Below are positions 1 through 10,200 of a stretch of 64,000 nucleotides of DNA, piece by piece. A model generated the notes under the pieces. The model did not search any database, was not told the DNA's origin, and worked only from the letters and a program-made list of their open reading frames with translations. The DNA is from Acidobacteriota bacterium. GTDB lineage: Bacteria; Acidobacteriota; Thermoanaerobaculia; Gp7-AA8. Made by a program: the position numbers and the translations under genes. The DNA lies in contig JAFATB010000014.1 in the NCBI GenBank assembly GCA_019244185.1, positions 192,001 to 256,000 of the forward strand, written 5' to 3'. Positions within the stretch are counted from its first letter, which is position 1, and each line of letters begins with the position of its first letter.

Positions 1-1054
1 CCACGAGCACTTTCGCGCCCGCCTCTTCCGCCTCGGTGATGTAGCGCTCGATGCGCTCCTTCGCCGCCTTCGAGATCACCGGGCCGATGTTGACGCCCGG
101 CACCATCGCCCGGACGACGCGCACCATGCGCTCGATGATCGGATCGGTCTTGCCGACGGCCATCATCACCGACGCGGCCATGCAGCGCTGACCCGCGCAA
201 CCGGACATCGACGCCACGACGTTCGTCGACGTCATCTCCGGCTCGGCGTCCGGCATCACGATCAGATGATTCTTCGCGCCGCCGAGGGCGAGGACGCGTT
301 TGAGGCTCGCGGAGCCGCGGCGGTAGACGATCTTCGCGACGTGCGTCGAGCCGACGAAGCTGATCGCGTCGATGAAGGGATGGTCGCAGATCGCCTCGAC
401 GGTTTGCTGGCCGCCGTGCACGATGTTCAGCACGCCGTCGGGCAGGCCCGCCTCGCGCAGCAGCTCCGCGATGCGGCCCGCGCTGAGCGGCACCTGCTCG
501 GATGGTTTGAGCACCATGCAATTGCCGAGGGCCAGTGCGTTCGGGATGGTCCAGTTGGGGACCATGTTGGGGAAGTTGAACGGCGTGATCGACGCGACGA
601 CGCCCACCGGGTAATGCTCGACGCGGCATTCGACGCCGCGCGAGACCTCGAGCACTTCGCCCGCGACGATTTGCGGCAGCGAGCACGCGAACTCGCACAA
701 CTCCGCCGACTTCAGCACTTCCGCTTCCGCTTCGCCGCGCACTTTTCCGTTCTCTTCCGACACGAGCGCGGCGAGGCTGTCGATGTTTTTCTCGAGCAGC
801 GCCTTGTAACGGTAGAAGACCTGCGCGCGCTCCTTGATCGGCGTGGCCGCCCACGCCGGCTGCGCCGCTCGTGCCGCATCGACCGCGCGGTCCACCTCCG
901 ATGCGCCGGACAGCGGCACACGCGAGATCACCTCGCCGGTCGACGGATCGGTGACGTCGAGAAACTCGCGCTCGGGGGCGTCGACGAACGAGCCGCCGAT
1001 GTAGTTGCGAACATCAGGATGACGGGTGGGCGCTTCGCGCTCGATGGCGGACAT
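1..1054 (-). CDS. mmsA: CoA-acylating methylmalonate-semialdehyde dehydrogenase (5' part; runs off window start)
   Basis: Manual translation: MSAIERE..NYIGG..ITPFNFP..LKPSEQVP..ISFVGST..ALGGAKNH..GCAGQRCMA. These are ALDH motifs typical of MMSDH. Not in the ORF track because it is truncated. Confidence 0.9.
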   Translation of the reverse strand, partial: MSAIEREAPTRHPDVRNYIGGSFVDAPEREFLDVTDPSTGEVISRVPLSGASEVDRAVDAARAAQPAWAATPIKERAQVFYRYKALLEKNIDSLAALVSEENGKVRGEAEAEVLKSAELCEFACSLPQIVAGEVLEVSRGVECRVEHYPVGVVASITPFNFPNMVPNWTIPNALALGNCMVLKPSEQVPLSAGRIAELLREAGLPDGVLNIVHGGQQTVEAICDHPFIDAISFVGSTHVAKIVYRRGSASLKRVLALGGAKNHLIVMPDAEPEMTSTNVVASMSGCAGQRCMAASVMMAVGKTDPIIERMVRVVRAMVPGVNIGPVISKAAKERIERYITEAEEAGAKVLV

Positions 1055-1103
1055 TGGATTCCTCCGGTTGATCGGCGCCAATGTACGCGAAGCCGCGCGA
1101 GAG

Positions 1104-1817
1104 TCAATGCGCCGGCGACGGCGCGAGCGACCCGCCCGCGTCGCGCCACTTGCCCGCATCGACGCCTTTCGCGAGGAACCACACCGTCATCACCACCAGC
1201 GCGAGGAACATCGGCAGCAGCATCACCTCGGACGTATACGCCGGCGTGAGGACATACGTGAGGCTGCGCACGATGAACGAGAAGCCGGCCAGCGCCAGCA
1301 CGAGGCCGACGAGCTTCGGCACGTAGCCGGAGCGGAACATGAGATAGCCGCGGAGGAGGCTGGCGAGGCCATAGAACACCATGAAGATCGCGCCGCAGCA
1401 GCCGTACGCCTTCAGCGAGAGCAGCGCCAGCGTGTGCAGCTGCTGGGGCGTGAAGGTCTTCAGATACGCGGCGTCGCGCAGGAGCAGCGTCGGCGCGAAG
1501 TAGAAGAACTCGGCCACGCCGAACAGCGCCGTCGAGATCAGGCCGAGGAAGGCGGTGAAGAGCGCGAGATACTTCTGCACCGGCGCGAGCAGGACGTAGA
1601 ACAGCAGTGCCAGCGCGACGTCGCAGACGGCTTCGACGAGATAGCTCGCGAAGCCGGCGCGAAAGAGCGCGTTGGAGGTGATGATGGTGCGCGCCGTCAC
1701 CTCCGCGTCGTTCGACGCCAGCATCTTCGACGGCACGTAACCCTCGCCGATGCCGCCGGCGATCATGGAGAGCAACAGCAGTACGCCGATGATCCGCGCG
1801 TAGGTCTGAATCGTCAT
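1104..1817 (-). CDS. DUF4386-family integral membrane protein
   Basis: ARIIGVLLLL N-terminus, about 6 TM segments, RSGYVPKLVG motif; AAGGAG RBS before ATG 1817. Confidence 0.7.
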   Translation of the reverse strand: MTIQTYARIIGVLLLLSMIAGGIGEGYVPSKMLASNDAEVTARTIITSNALFRAGFASYLVEAVCDVALALLFYVLLAPVQKYLALFTAFLGLISTALFGVAEFFYFAPTLLLRDAAYLKTFTPQQLHTLALLSLKAYGCCGAIFMVFYGLASLLRGYLMFRSGYVPKLVGLVLALAGFSFIVRSLTYVLTPAYTSEVMLLPMFLALVVMTVWFLAKGVDAGKWRDAGGSLAPSPAH

Positions 1818-1936
1818 CGCAGACTCCTTGTGTATGTTGAGCATACGCAGGTCGCCGCCGATGGTTGCCGTCACGCTCCGCCGCCCGCGCAATCCGCTTG
1901 ACCCGTTTGCGGTCGCGCCCGCATGATTCGCCGCAC

Positions 1937-3517
1937 ATGTCGATGATCGGGCAGTTGCTCCGCACGAAGTCGCTCGACGAGCTGGTCGCCGAGACCGAAG
2001 AAGAGGGGCACCAGCTCAAGAAAGCCCTCGGGCCGTTGAACCTCGTCGCGCTCGGGATCGGCGCGATCATCGGCGCGGGCATCTTCGCCACGATCGGCAC
2101 GGCCGCGGCGGGCGATCCGTCGCGTCCCGGAGCCGGTCCCGCGTTGATGCTCTCGTTCGTGCTCACCGCGATCGTCTGCGGCTTCACGGCGCTCTGCTAC
2201 GCGGAGTTCGCGTCGATGGTCCCCGTGGCCGGCTCCGCGTACACGTATTCGTACGCGACGCTCGGTGAAATGGTGGCGTGGATCATCGGCTGGGATCTGC
2301 TCATCGAATACGCGATCGGCAACGTCGCCGTCGCCATCTCGTGGGCGAACTACTTCAACACGCTCATCGAAGGCACGCCGTTCCGCTTACCGGCGTGGCT
2401 CACCGTCGACTACCACACCGCGCTCACGCGCATGCCGCAGGTCGTCGCCGCGGCGCCGCACATCTTCGGCATTCCGATCATCTTCAATGTCCTCGCGGTG
2501 GCCATCGTCACGCTGATCACGATCGTGCTCGTGTGGGGCGTGCGCGAGTCCGCCGGCTTCAACTTCTGGATGGTGGCCATCAAGCTGGTGGTCCTCGGCT
2601 TCTTCGCGTTCGTCAGCTTCAAATACGTCGACACGAAGAACTGGCACCCGTTCGCGCCGAACGGCTTCCACGGCATCCTCACCGGCGCGTCGATCGTCTT
2701 CTTCGCGTACATCGGCTTCGACGCCGTGTCGACGACGGCGGAGGAAGCGCGCAATCCGAAGCGCGACATGCCCATCGGCATCATCGGCTCGCTGATCATC
2801 TGCACGATCATCTACGCCGTCATCGCGGCCATCTTCACCGGACTCATTCCGTATCAGGCGCTGGTGCACACGCTCTCGAGCGAACAGGCCGAGCCGCTCA
2901 CGCTGGCGATGAAGTACGTGTCGATGCCGGGGTGGATGGTGAAGGTCGTCGCCTTCGGCTCGGTCATCGCGCACACGGCCGTGCTGCTCGTGTTCCAGAT
3001 GGGACAGCCGCGCATCTTCTTCGCCATGTCGCGCGACGGCCTCCTGCCGCCGGCGCTGGCGAAGGTGCATCCGAAGTACAGGACGCCGCACGTCGGCACG
3101 ATCATCACCGGCGTCTTCGTCGGCGTGGCGGCGCTGTTCTCGTCGCTCGACGAGATGGTCGACCTCACGAACATCGGAACGCTGTTCGCGTTCTTCCTGG
3201 TCTGCATCGGCATCATGATCCTGCGCGTGCGCGACCCGCACCGGGAGCGCGGCTTCCGCGTGCCGGGGCCGTACTGGTTCCTCCCGGTGCTCGGCGCGAT
3301 CTCGTGCGTCGTGCTCGCGGTCGCGCTGCCGTGGAAGTCGTGGTGGCGCTTCGGCATCTGGCTGGTTGTCGGCCTGGTCTTCTACTTCCTCTACGGTTAC
3401 CGCCACAGCCGTCTGCGCACGGGGCGCGGACCGAACCTGCCGCCTCCGGCGCACAAGCTCGCGCACGGATTCAATCCGGAGCAGCAGTTCCCGGATCGCG
3501 ACGTGAACGAGCGCTAG
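1937..3517 (+). CDS. APC-family amino acid permease (cationic amino acid transporter-like)
   Basis: GIGAIIGAGIF, CYAEFAS, GSAYTYSY and FFAYIGFDAVSTTAEE motifs; TTGACC-N18-CATGAT promoter just upstream. Confidence 0.92.
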   Translation: MSMIGQLLRTKSLDELVAETEEEGHQLKKALGPLNLVALGIGAIIGAGIFATIGTAAAGDPSRPGAGPALMLSFVLTAIVCGFTALCYAEFASMVPVAGSAYTYSYATLGEMVAWIIGWDLLIEYAIGNVAVAISWANYFNTLIEGTPFRLPAWLTVDYHTALTRMPQVVAAAPHIFGIPIIFNVLAVAIVTLITIVLVWGVRESAGFNFWMVAIKLVVLGFFAFVSFKYVDTKNWHPFAPNGFHGILTGASIVFFAYIGFDAVSTTAEEARNPKRDMPIGIIGSLIICTIIYAVIAAIFTGLIPYQALVHTLSSEQAEPLTLAMKYVSMPGWMVKVVAFGSVIAHTAVLLVFQMGQPRIFFAMSRDGLLPPALAKVHPKYRTPHVGTIITGVFVGVAALFSSLDEMVDLTNIGTLFAFFLVCIGIMILRVRDPHRERGFRVPGPYWFLPVLGAISCVVLAVALPWKSWWRFGIWLVVGLVFYFLYGYRHSRLRTGRGPNLPPPAHKLAHGFNPEQQFPDRDVNER

Positions 3518-3519
3518 AC

Positions 3520-3930
3520 GTGCATCCGCGCGCGCGGCAGCTCATCGACGCGCGCGGACTCGCGCCGCATCCCGAGGGCGGGTGGTACCGGCAGGTGTTC
3601 AAGTCGGAGGAGCGGGTGGTGCGGCTGCACGACGGCGCGAACCGCAGCGCGCTGACGACGATCGAGTTCCTGCTCGTCGAAGGGACGCACAGCGCGTGGC
3701 ATCGCGTGCAGTCGGACGAGGTGTGGCATTTCTACGAAGGCGATCCGCTCGAGCTCATCGTGCGTGACGACAAGCGCGAAACCGCGGTCGTGCTGGACGA
3801 AGATTATCGCGTGCACGTCGTGCCCGCGCGCGCGTGGCAGTCGGCGCGTCCGCTCGGCGCGTACGCGTTCGTCGGCTGCACGGTCGGACCGGGCTTCGAG
3901 TTCGACGACTTCACGATGACCGGCGACTGA
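3520..3930 (+). CDS. Cupin_5 (DUF985) family protein
   Basis: HPEGGWY, WHRVQSDEVWHFY and GCTVGPGFEF motifs; GTG start 2 nt after the permease stop. Confidence 0.88.
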   Translation: MHPRARQLIDARGLAPHPEGGWYRQVFKSEERVVRLHDGANRSALTTIEFLLVEGTHSAWHRVQSDEVWHFYEGDPLELIVRDDKRETAVVLDEDYRVHVVPARAWQSARPLGAYAFVGCTVGPGFEFDDFTMTGD

Positions 3931-3936
3931 CGCGCG

Positions 3937-4313
3937 TCATGCGCGCGGATTCGGCGTCGCGGAGAGCGTCCGGATGCGCCACTCGGCGCCGTCGGCGAGC
4001 AGCATCACCGACAGGCGATGCGGGAGATCGTACGGGCGGCCGTTCGGCGCTTTCACGTCGCGCAGAATGCCGTCGATGTCGGCGACCGTGACGTCGTGCT
4101 CGCGGCGCCGTGCACGACCTGCAACTCGCTCGCGGACATGCTGCCGGCGTGTTCCTCGCGCAGCACGCCGAGGATCGCGTCGCGGCCGACCGCGCGCCTG
4201 CCCCACGGATGATTCAGCTCGCCGTCGTCGGTCCAGAGACGCGCCAGCGCGTCCGCATCGTGACGATTCCACGCGGCACAGAAGCGCGCGACCAGATCCT
4301 GCAGCTCGTCCAT
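3937..4313 (-). pseudogene. NTF2-like/SnoaL (SgcJ/EcaC-like) protein with a frameshift near 4105-4112
   Basis: N-half MDELQDLVARFCAAWNRHDADALARLWTDDG.. is in one frame and C-half ..VADIDGIL..DGAEWRIRTLSA in another; the span is 377 nt, not a multiple of 3. Confidence 0.7.
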
Positions 4314-4355
4314 CGCCACGCGATCGAGCAAGCTGCACGCCTGCCTCGGCCGCGA

Positions 4356-4373
4356 CTGTCCGAAATCGGACAG
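4356..4373 (+). promoter_or_regulatory. Palindromic enhancer (UAS) for a sigma54 activator
   Basis: CTGTCCG-AAAT-CGGACAG, i.e. TGT-N10-ACA, about 60 bp upstream of a -24/-12 promoter with an AT-rich tract between. Confidence 0.6.
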
Positions 4374-4432
4374 CTCGTCACGCAACTGAACAGCATGCTG
4401 TTTGTAAATCGATGAAAACAAACGATTCCGAG

Positions 4433-4449
4433 TTGGCGTGCCGCTCGCG
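4433..4449 (+). promoter_or_regulatory. sigma54 (-24/-12) promoter of the ABC exporter operon
   Basis: TTGGCGTGCCGCTCGCG = GG-N10-GC, 15 nt before ATG 4464; the operon encodes its own NtrC-family activator. Confidence 0.7.
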
Positions 4450-4463
4450 ATAGAGCGGCGTCG

Positions 4464-5708
4464 ATGGATCGGGAAATCGCACAGGACGTTCGCACGCGGC
4501 GCACGATGCGGCGCGTCATCACCGTCGTCATCGCGCTGGCGGCGGTCGCGTTCTTCTTCGCCGCGACGGTGGCGTGGCTGCGGCCTTCCTTGCGGCGGAA
4601 CGATCTCGTCTTCGCGCGCGTCGAGCGCGGCTCGATCGAGGCGACGGTGCAGGCGAACGGTACGGTCGTCCCGCTCGTCGAGCAGGTCGTCTCCAGCCCC
4701 GTCGAGGCGCGCGTGCTGCGCATCGTGCACCGCGCCGGCGATCGCGTGCATGCGGGCGACGAGCTGCTGCAGCTCGACACCGCGGCCGCGAGCCTCGACG
4801 CCGCGCGGCTCACCGAGCGCGTCGCGCAGAAGGAAAGCGAAGACACGCAACTGCGTCTGCGGCTCGAGGACTCCGTCGCGAACACCGCCGCGCAGCTCGA
4901 ACAGAAGCGGCTCGACGCGCAGATCCTCCAGTACACCGCGCAGCAGAAGGGCAAGCTCGGCGCGGAAGGCCTCGCGACGCAGCAGGAAGTGCTCGCCGCG
5001 CAGGCGGCGGCGAAGAAGAGCGACATCGAGATCCGCCAGCTCGAGGAAGCGCTCGTGCGCGCGCGCCGTTCCGCCGCCGCGCAACTCTCCGCCTCCTCGA
5101 CCGACCTCGGCATCGCCCGCCGTGAGCGCGACGAGTCGCGCCGGCAGCTGGACCTCGCGATGCTGCGCGCCGACCGCGACGGCGTCGTCACGTGGGTCGT
5201 GCCCGACGAAGGCGCGACCGTGCGCCGCGGCGATCTCGTCGCGCGTATCGCCGACCTCTCCGCGTTCAAGGTCGTGGCCACGATCTCCGACATCCACGCC
5301 TCCGAACTCGCGCCGGGCATGCGCGCGCGCGTGAAGCTCGACGAGGCGAACGTCATCGGCGGCGCGGTCTCGAGCGTCGATCCGCGCATCGAGAACGGCG
5401 CGATGACGTTCACCGTCGCGCTCGACCGCGCGTCGCATCCGATGCTGCGCAACAACCTGCGCGTCGACGTCTTCACCGTCACCGGCCATCGCGCCGGCGT
5501 CCTCTCCGCGCAACGCGGCGTGCTCGGGCGGCGCGGCGAGGACTACGCGTTCGTCGTGCGCGGCGACGAGCTCGTACGCGTGCCCGCGCAGTTCGGCCTC
5601 GCCGGCGACGACCGCATCCAGATCGTCTCCGGCCTCCGCGAAGGAGACCTCGTCGTGGTCTCCGACATGAGCGACTACAAAGACGTGGCGCGCGTGCGCC
5701 TCAAGTAA
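4464..5708 (+). CDS. HlyD/MacA-family periplasmic adaptor (membrane fusion protein)
   Basis: N-terminal TM anchor, lipoyl half-motifs flanking a coiled coil, GLREGDLVV C-terminus. Confidence 0.88.
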   Translation: MDREIAQDVRTRRTMRRVITVVIALAAVAFFFAATVAWLRPSLRRNDLVFARVERGSIEATVQANGTVVPLVEQVVSSPVEARVLRIVHRAGDRVHAGDELLQLDTAAASLDAARLTERVAQKESEDTQLRLRLEDSVANTAAQLEQKRLDAQILQYTAQQKGKLGAEGLATQQEVLAAQAAAKKSDIEIRQLEEALVRARRSAAAQLSASSTDLGIARRERDESRRQLDLAMLRADRDGVVTWVVPDEGATVRRGDLVARIADLSAFKVVATISDIHASELAPGMRARVKLDEANVIGGAVSSVDPRIENGAMTFTVALDRASHPMLRNNLRVDVFTVTGHRAGVLSAQRGVLGRRGEDYAFVVRGDELVRVPAQFGLAGDDRIQIVSGLREGDLVVVSDMSDYKDVARVRLK

Positions 5709-5725
5709 TCGAAGGAGAAACCGTC

Positions 5726-6391
5726 ATGATCAAGTTGAACAACGTCGAGAAGGTCTATCGCACCGACCGCGTCGAGACGCTCGCGCTGCAGAACATCAAC
5801 CTCGACATCGCGCCCGGCGAGTTCGTGTCGATGATGGGACCGTCCGGCTGCGGCAAGAGCACGCTGCTGAACCTCATCGGCCTGCTCGACGCGCCGACGG
5901 CGGGCGAGCTGGAGCTCGACCGCCAGAAAGTCCGCGGCTGGCGCGACGGCGACCTCGCGCGCTTCCGCAACGAGAAGCTCGGCTTCGTCTTCCAGAGCTT
6001 CCATCTCGTCCCCGATTTGAAAGTGGTCGACAATGTCGAGATCCCGCTGCTCTATCGCAAGGGCAGCACGGCCGCCCGACGCAAGGCCGCGCGCGAGGCG
6101 CTCGACCGCGTCGGCCTCAGCTCGCGCGTCACGCACTTTCCGACGCAGCTCTCCGGCGGCCAGCAGCAGCGTGTGGCCATCGCGCGCGCCATCGTCGGCA
6201 AGCCGCGCATCCTCCTCGCCGACGAGCCGACCGGCAACCTCGACTCGGCCATGGGCGAGGAGATCATGGACATCCTCCACGACCTGAACAAGAAGGACGG
6301 CACGACCATCGTCATGGTCACGCACGACGAGCGCTTCGCGCGCCGCACCGACCGCATCGTGCGCCTCTTCGACGGACGGCAGGTGGCGTGA
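5726..6391 (+). CDS. ABC transporter ATP-binding protein (MacB/LolD type)
   Basis: GPSGCGKST, LSGGQQQRVAIARA, LLADEPTGNLD and VTHD motifs; GAAGGAG RBS. Confidence 0.95.
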   Translation: MIKLNNVEKVYRTDRVETLALQNINLDIAPGEFVSMMGPSGCGKSTLLNLIGLLDAPTAGELELDRQKVRGWRDGDLARFRNEKLGFVFQSFHLVPDLKVVDNVEIPLLYRKGSTAARRKAAREALDRVGLSSRVTHFPTQLSGGQQQRVAIARAIVGKPRILLADEPTGNLDSAMGEEIMDILHDLNKKDGTTIVMVTHDERFARRTDRIVRLFDGRQVA

Positions 6392-7629
6392 TGATCGGCA
6401 ACTACATCAAGCTCGCGCTGAAGGTGCTGCAGCGGCGGAAGTTCTTCACCTTCATCTCGCTGTTCGGCATCTGCCTCACGCTCGTCGTGCTGATGGTGGC
6501 CACGGCGATCCTCGACAACCTCTTCTCGCCGCGCGCGCCGGAGTCGCGCTTCGGACGCACGCTCTGCGTCTACACGATCGCGATCTTCGGCGACTCGTAC
6601 TCCACGACCGGCACGCCGGGCTACGGCTTCGTCAACGAGTACGTGCGCAATCTGCCCGGTGCCGAGGCGACGTCGGCGTTCTCGAACTTCTCGGGGACGG
6701 CGTTCTTTCATCAGGGGCGCAAGATCGAGAGCAACATCAAGCGCACCGACGGCGCGTACTGGAAAATCCTCGACTTCCACTTCCTCGAAGGCGCGCCGTT
6801 CACGCAGGAAGACGACGACCGCGGCAACTTCGTCGCGGTGATCACCTCGGATCTGCGCCGGAAGTTGTTCGGTGGCGCGTCCGCGATCGGCAAGACGTTC
6901 ACGGTCGAAGGGCAGACCTTCCGCGTCGTCGGCGTCGTGCCGCCGGTGCCGATCACGCGCATCGCGGCGTTCTCGGAGATCTGGGTTCCCATCCACACGC
7001 AGAAGCGCGCGGGGTGGGCGACGCAGATGACCGGCGAGTACAACGGTCTCGTGCTCGCGCGCAGCACCGCAGACTTCCCGCGGCTGCGGCGCGAGTTCGC
7101 GCAGCGGCTGACGCATTTCCGGTTCGAGAAGAACTACGACCACGTGAACGTCGGTCTCGACACGCCGTTCGAGGCGTTCGCGCGCTCGCTCAGCGATCAG
7201 CGCAAATACAACACGCAGACGCCGCTGCGGGTGAAGCTGATCCTGCTCGCGATCGCGCTGCTCTTCATCACGCTGCCGACCATGAACCTCGTCAGCATCA
7301 ACCTCTCGCGCATTCTCGAGCGCTCGTCGGAGATCGGCGTGCGGAAGGCGTTCGGCGCGTCGTCGCGCGCTCTGGTCGGGCAGTTCCTCGTCGAGAACGT
7401 CGTGCTGACGATCATCGGCGGCGCGTTCGGCTTCGCGCTTGCGGTGGCCATCCTCTCCGCGCTCACGAACGCGGATCTCATTCCGTACGCGGTGTTCGAC
7501 GTGAACCTGCGCATCTTTTTGTACGGCGTCGCCATCGCCGCCGTCTTCGGCGCGATCTCCGGCGTCTATCCGGCCTGGAGGATGTCGCGCATGCATCCGG
7601 TGAACGCGCTGCGTGGAGGTGTTCAGTGA
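6388..7629 (+). CDS. ABC transporter permease (MacB_PCD + FtsX)
   Basis: ERSSEIGVRKAFGAS, GVYPAWRMSRMHPVNAL. Confidence 0.9.
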   Translation: MMIGNYIKLALKVLQRRKFFTFISLFGICLTLVVLMVATAILDNLFSPRAPESRFGRTLCVYTIAIFGDSYSTTGTPGYGFVNEYVRNLPGAEATSAFSNFSGTAFFHQGRKIESNIKRTDGAYWKILDFHFLEGAPFTQEDDDRGNFVAVITSDLRRKLFGGASAIGKTFTVEGQTFRVVGVVPPVPITRIAAFSEIWVPIHTQKRAGWATQMTGEYNGLVLARSTADFPRLRREFAQRLTHFRFEKNYDHVNVGLDTPFEAFARSLSDQRKYNTQTPLRVKLILLAIALLFITLPTMNLVSINLSRILERSSEIGVRKAFGASSRALVGQFLVENVVLTIIGGAFGFALAVAILSALTNADLIPYAVFDVNLRIFLYGVAIAAVFGAISGVYPAWRMSRMHPVNALRGGVQ

Positions 7630-8822
7630 CTCGTCATCTGCTGAAGCTCGTTTGGAATCGCAAGCGCACGAACGCGCTGATCGTCGCGGAGATCTTCATC
7701 TCGCTGCTGGTGATCTTCGCCGTGCTCGCCGGCGCGGTGAACTTCGCCACGAACTGGCGGCGCCCGCTCGGCTACGACTATCACGACGTCTGGAACATCC
7801 GCGCCGATCTCGAGCACGAGGAGAACCCGGAGAAGAACCCGCACATGCACGAGTCGATGATGCACGTGCTGCACGAGGCTCAGTCGTTCCCCGAGGTCGT
7901 CGCCGCGGCGGGATCGAACACGCCGGCGTACGGCTTCTCGACCGACTCGAACGGCACGGACATGAACGGACACTACGTCGACCTGATCGTCGACGACGTG
8001 ACGGACGACTTCACGCGCACGATGCAGTTGCACGTCCTGCGCGGACGCTTCTTCACCCGCGAGGACGACGCCGCGCAGTACCGCCCCGCGGTTGTCGACG
8101 AGAACACCGCGCGGTCGCTCTTCGGCACACTCGACGTCGTCGGGCGCAAGATCACGTGGAAAGACACGCCCGAGGACACGCTGCGGATCGTCGGCGTGGT
8201 CAGTGGCTACCGCAAGGCGGGCGAGACGAGCGATCCGGTCAACATGGTCTTCCGCCGCGTGGCGCCCGATCACAAGTTCGGCGGGCTCATTCGCAACATC
8301 ATCGTGCGCGTGCGTCCCGGCACGAGCGCGGCGTTCGAGGAGACGCTGCTCAATCGCCTGCAGGCCGCCGCGCCCGACATGTCGTTCCGCCTGCAGCACA
8401 TGGACCGCATGCGCCGCGACGCGCTGCGTTTGTATCTCGCGCCGGTGGTGTTGCTGAGCGTCATCGCGCTGTTCCTCATCTCGATGGTGACTCTGGGACT
8501 GACGGGCGTGCTCTGGCAGAACGTCACGCGCCGCACGCGCGAGATCGGCCTGCGCCGCGCCACCGGCGCGACCGGCAGCCGCGTGCATCGCCAGATCCTC
8601 GGCGAGGTGCTGCTGCTGGCCAGCATCGCCTGCGCGATCGGCGTCGTCGTGATCCTGCAGCTGCCGATCCTCGGCGCGTTCCGCGTCGTCACGCCGGCGT
8701 CGTTCACAACGGGACTCATCGGCGCACTTGCGGCGATTTACGCGCTGACGCTACTTTGCGGGCTCTATCCCAGCTGGCTCGCCTCGCGGCTGCAACCCGC
8801 GGACGCGCTGCGTTACGAGTGA
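7626..8822 (+). CDS. ABC transporter permease (MacB_PCD + FtsX)
   Basis: RRTREIGLRRATGA, YPSWLASRLQPADALRYE; GTG start overlaps the upstream stop. Confidence 0.9.
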   Translation: MTRHLLKLVWNRKRTNALIVAEIFISLLVIFAVLAGAVNFATNWRRPLGYDYHDVWNIRADLEHEENPEKNPHMHESMMHVLHEAQSFPEVVAAAGSNTPAYGFSTDSNGTDMNGHYVDLIVDDVTDDFTRTMQLHVLRGRFFTREDDAAQYRPAVVDENTARSLFGTLDVVGRKITWKDTPEDTLRIVGVVSGYRKAGETSDPVNMVFRRVAPDHKFGGLIRNIIVRVRPGTSAAFEETLLNRLQAAAPDMSFRLQHMDRMRRDALRLYLAPVVLLSVIALFLISMVTLGLTGVLWQNVTRRTREIGLRRATGATGSRVHRQILGEVLLLASIACAIGVVVILQLPILGAFRVVTPASFTTGLIGALAAIYALTLLCGLYPSWLASRLQPADALRYE

Positions 8823-8826
8823 TGGT

Positions 8827-10200
8827 TTGAACGAAGCGATTCTCATCGTCGACGACGACGCGTCGATCACCGCGTCGCTGGCCCTGCTGCTCAAGCAGCA
8901 CGGCTACCGTTCGGTGTCGGCGCATTCGCCGGTCGAGGCGCTCGCGGCATTGAGCCGCGAGCGCCCCTTGCTCGTGCTGCAGGACATGAACTTCAGCCGG
9001 CAGACGAGCGGCGACGAGGGGCTCGAACTCCTCGCGCGCATCCGCGCCGCCGATCCGCTGCTGCCCGTGATTCTCATCACCGCGTGGGGCTCGATCGCTT
9101 TGGCCGTGGAAGGGATGAAGCGCGGCGCGTCCGACTTCATCACCAAGCCGTGGGAGAACGCGACGGTGCTGCGGTCGGTCGAGACCGCGCTGAAGCTCGC
9201 CGGCACGGCGGAAGAACAGCACCTCACGCGCGCGGAACTCGACGAGCGTTACGACTTCTCGAATCTCATCGGCAACGATCCGAAGATCGTGCGGCTGCTG
9301 GAGATGATCGGCCGCGTCGCCGCCACCGACGCGTCCGTGCTCGTCACCGGCGAGAGCGGCACGGGCAAGGAGCTGGTCGCGGAGGCGCTGCACCGCAACG
9401 GCCGGCGCCGCGGCGGGCCGTTCGTCAAAGTCAACCTCGGCGGCATCTCCGCGACGCTCTTTGAAAGTGAGATGTTCGGCCACGTGCGCGGCGCGTTCAC
9501 GGACGCGCGCGAGTCGCGACGCGGTCGCTTCGAGCTCGCGGACGGCGGCACGATCTTCCTCGACGAGATCGGCGAGCTCGAAGCGGCGTCGCAGGTGAAG
9601 CTGCTGCGCGTGCTGCAGGACCGGACGTTCGAGGTGTTGGGATCGAGCCGCCCGCGCGCGGTCGACGTGCGCGTCGTCGCGGCGACGAACCGGCAGCTGC
9701 ACGATCTCGTCGAGCGCGGCGAGTTCCGCGAAGACCTGCTTTATCGGCTCAATCTCATCAACATCCATCTGCCGCCGCTGCGCGACCGGCGGGGCGATGT
9801 GCCGCGGCTCGCGAATCATTTCCTGCGGCTGGCGAACGAGGCCTATCGCGCGAACGTCGAGACGATCACGCCGCGCGCGATGGAGTGGCTGCGCGCGCAG
9901 CCGTGGCCGGGCAACATCCGCCAGCTGCGGCAGACCATCGACCGCGCGGTGCTGATCCGCGGCGGCCCGTCGCTCGACGTCGACGACTTCTTCGCCGTGC
10001 GCGACGCGGCGTCGAGCGACCGGCGCGAGGTGGCGCTGCCGGAAGCGGGCACGATCACGCTTGACGAGCTCGAAAAGAAGATGATCGTGAAGTGCATGGC
10101 GCACTACGACGGCAACGTCTCGCGGGCCGCGGAGGCGCTCGGCCTCTCGCGCGCGGCGCTGTACCGCCGGCTCGAGAAGTACGGGATCAGCGCGGAATGA
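8827..10200 (+). CDS. sigma54-dependent response regulator (NtrC family, REC-AAA+-Fis HTH)
   Basis: ILIVDDD, GESGTGKE, ESEMFGHVRGAFTDA (GAFTGA variant), FLDEIGE, WPGNIRQL, LYRRLEKY. Confidence 0.95.
   Translation: MNEAILIVDDDASITASLALLLKQHGYRSVSAHSPVEALAALSRERPLLVLQDMNFSRQTSGDEGLELLARIRAADPLLPVILITAWGSIALAVEGMKRGASDFITKPWENATVLRSVETALKLAGTAEEQHLTRAELDERYDFSNLIGNDPKIVRLLEMIGRVAATDASVLVTGESGTGKELVAEALHRNGRRRGGPFVKVNLGGISATLFESEMFGHVRGAFTDARESRRGRFELADGGTIFLDEIGELEAASQVKLLRVLQDRTFEVLGSSRPRAVDVRVVAATNRQLHDLVERGEFREDLLYRLNLINIHLPPLRDRRGDVPRLANHFLRLANEAYRANVETITPRAMEWLRAQPWPGNIRQLRQTIDRAVLIRGGPSLDVDDFFAVRDAASSDRREVALPEAGTITLDELEKKMIVKCMAHYDGNVSRAAEALGLSRAALYRRLEKYGISAE

Noticed and set aside
4464-8822. 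ABC exporter as the dedicated transporter of the Asp-rich peptide
   Set aside because: More than 10 kb away, has its own two-component system and enhancer, and lacks a C39 peptidase; no evidence of linkage.
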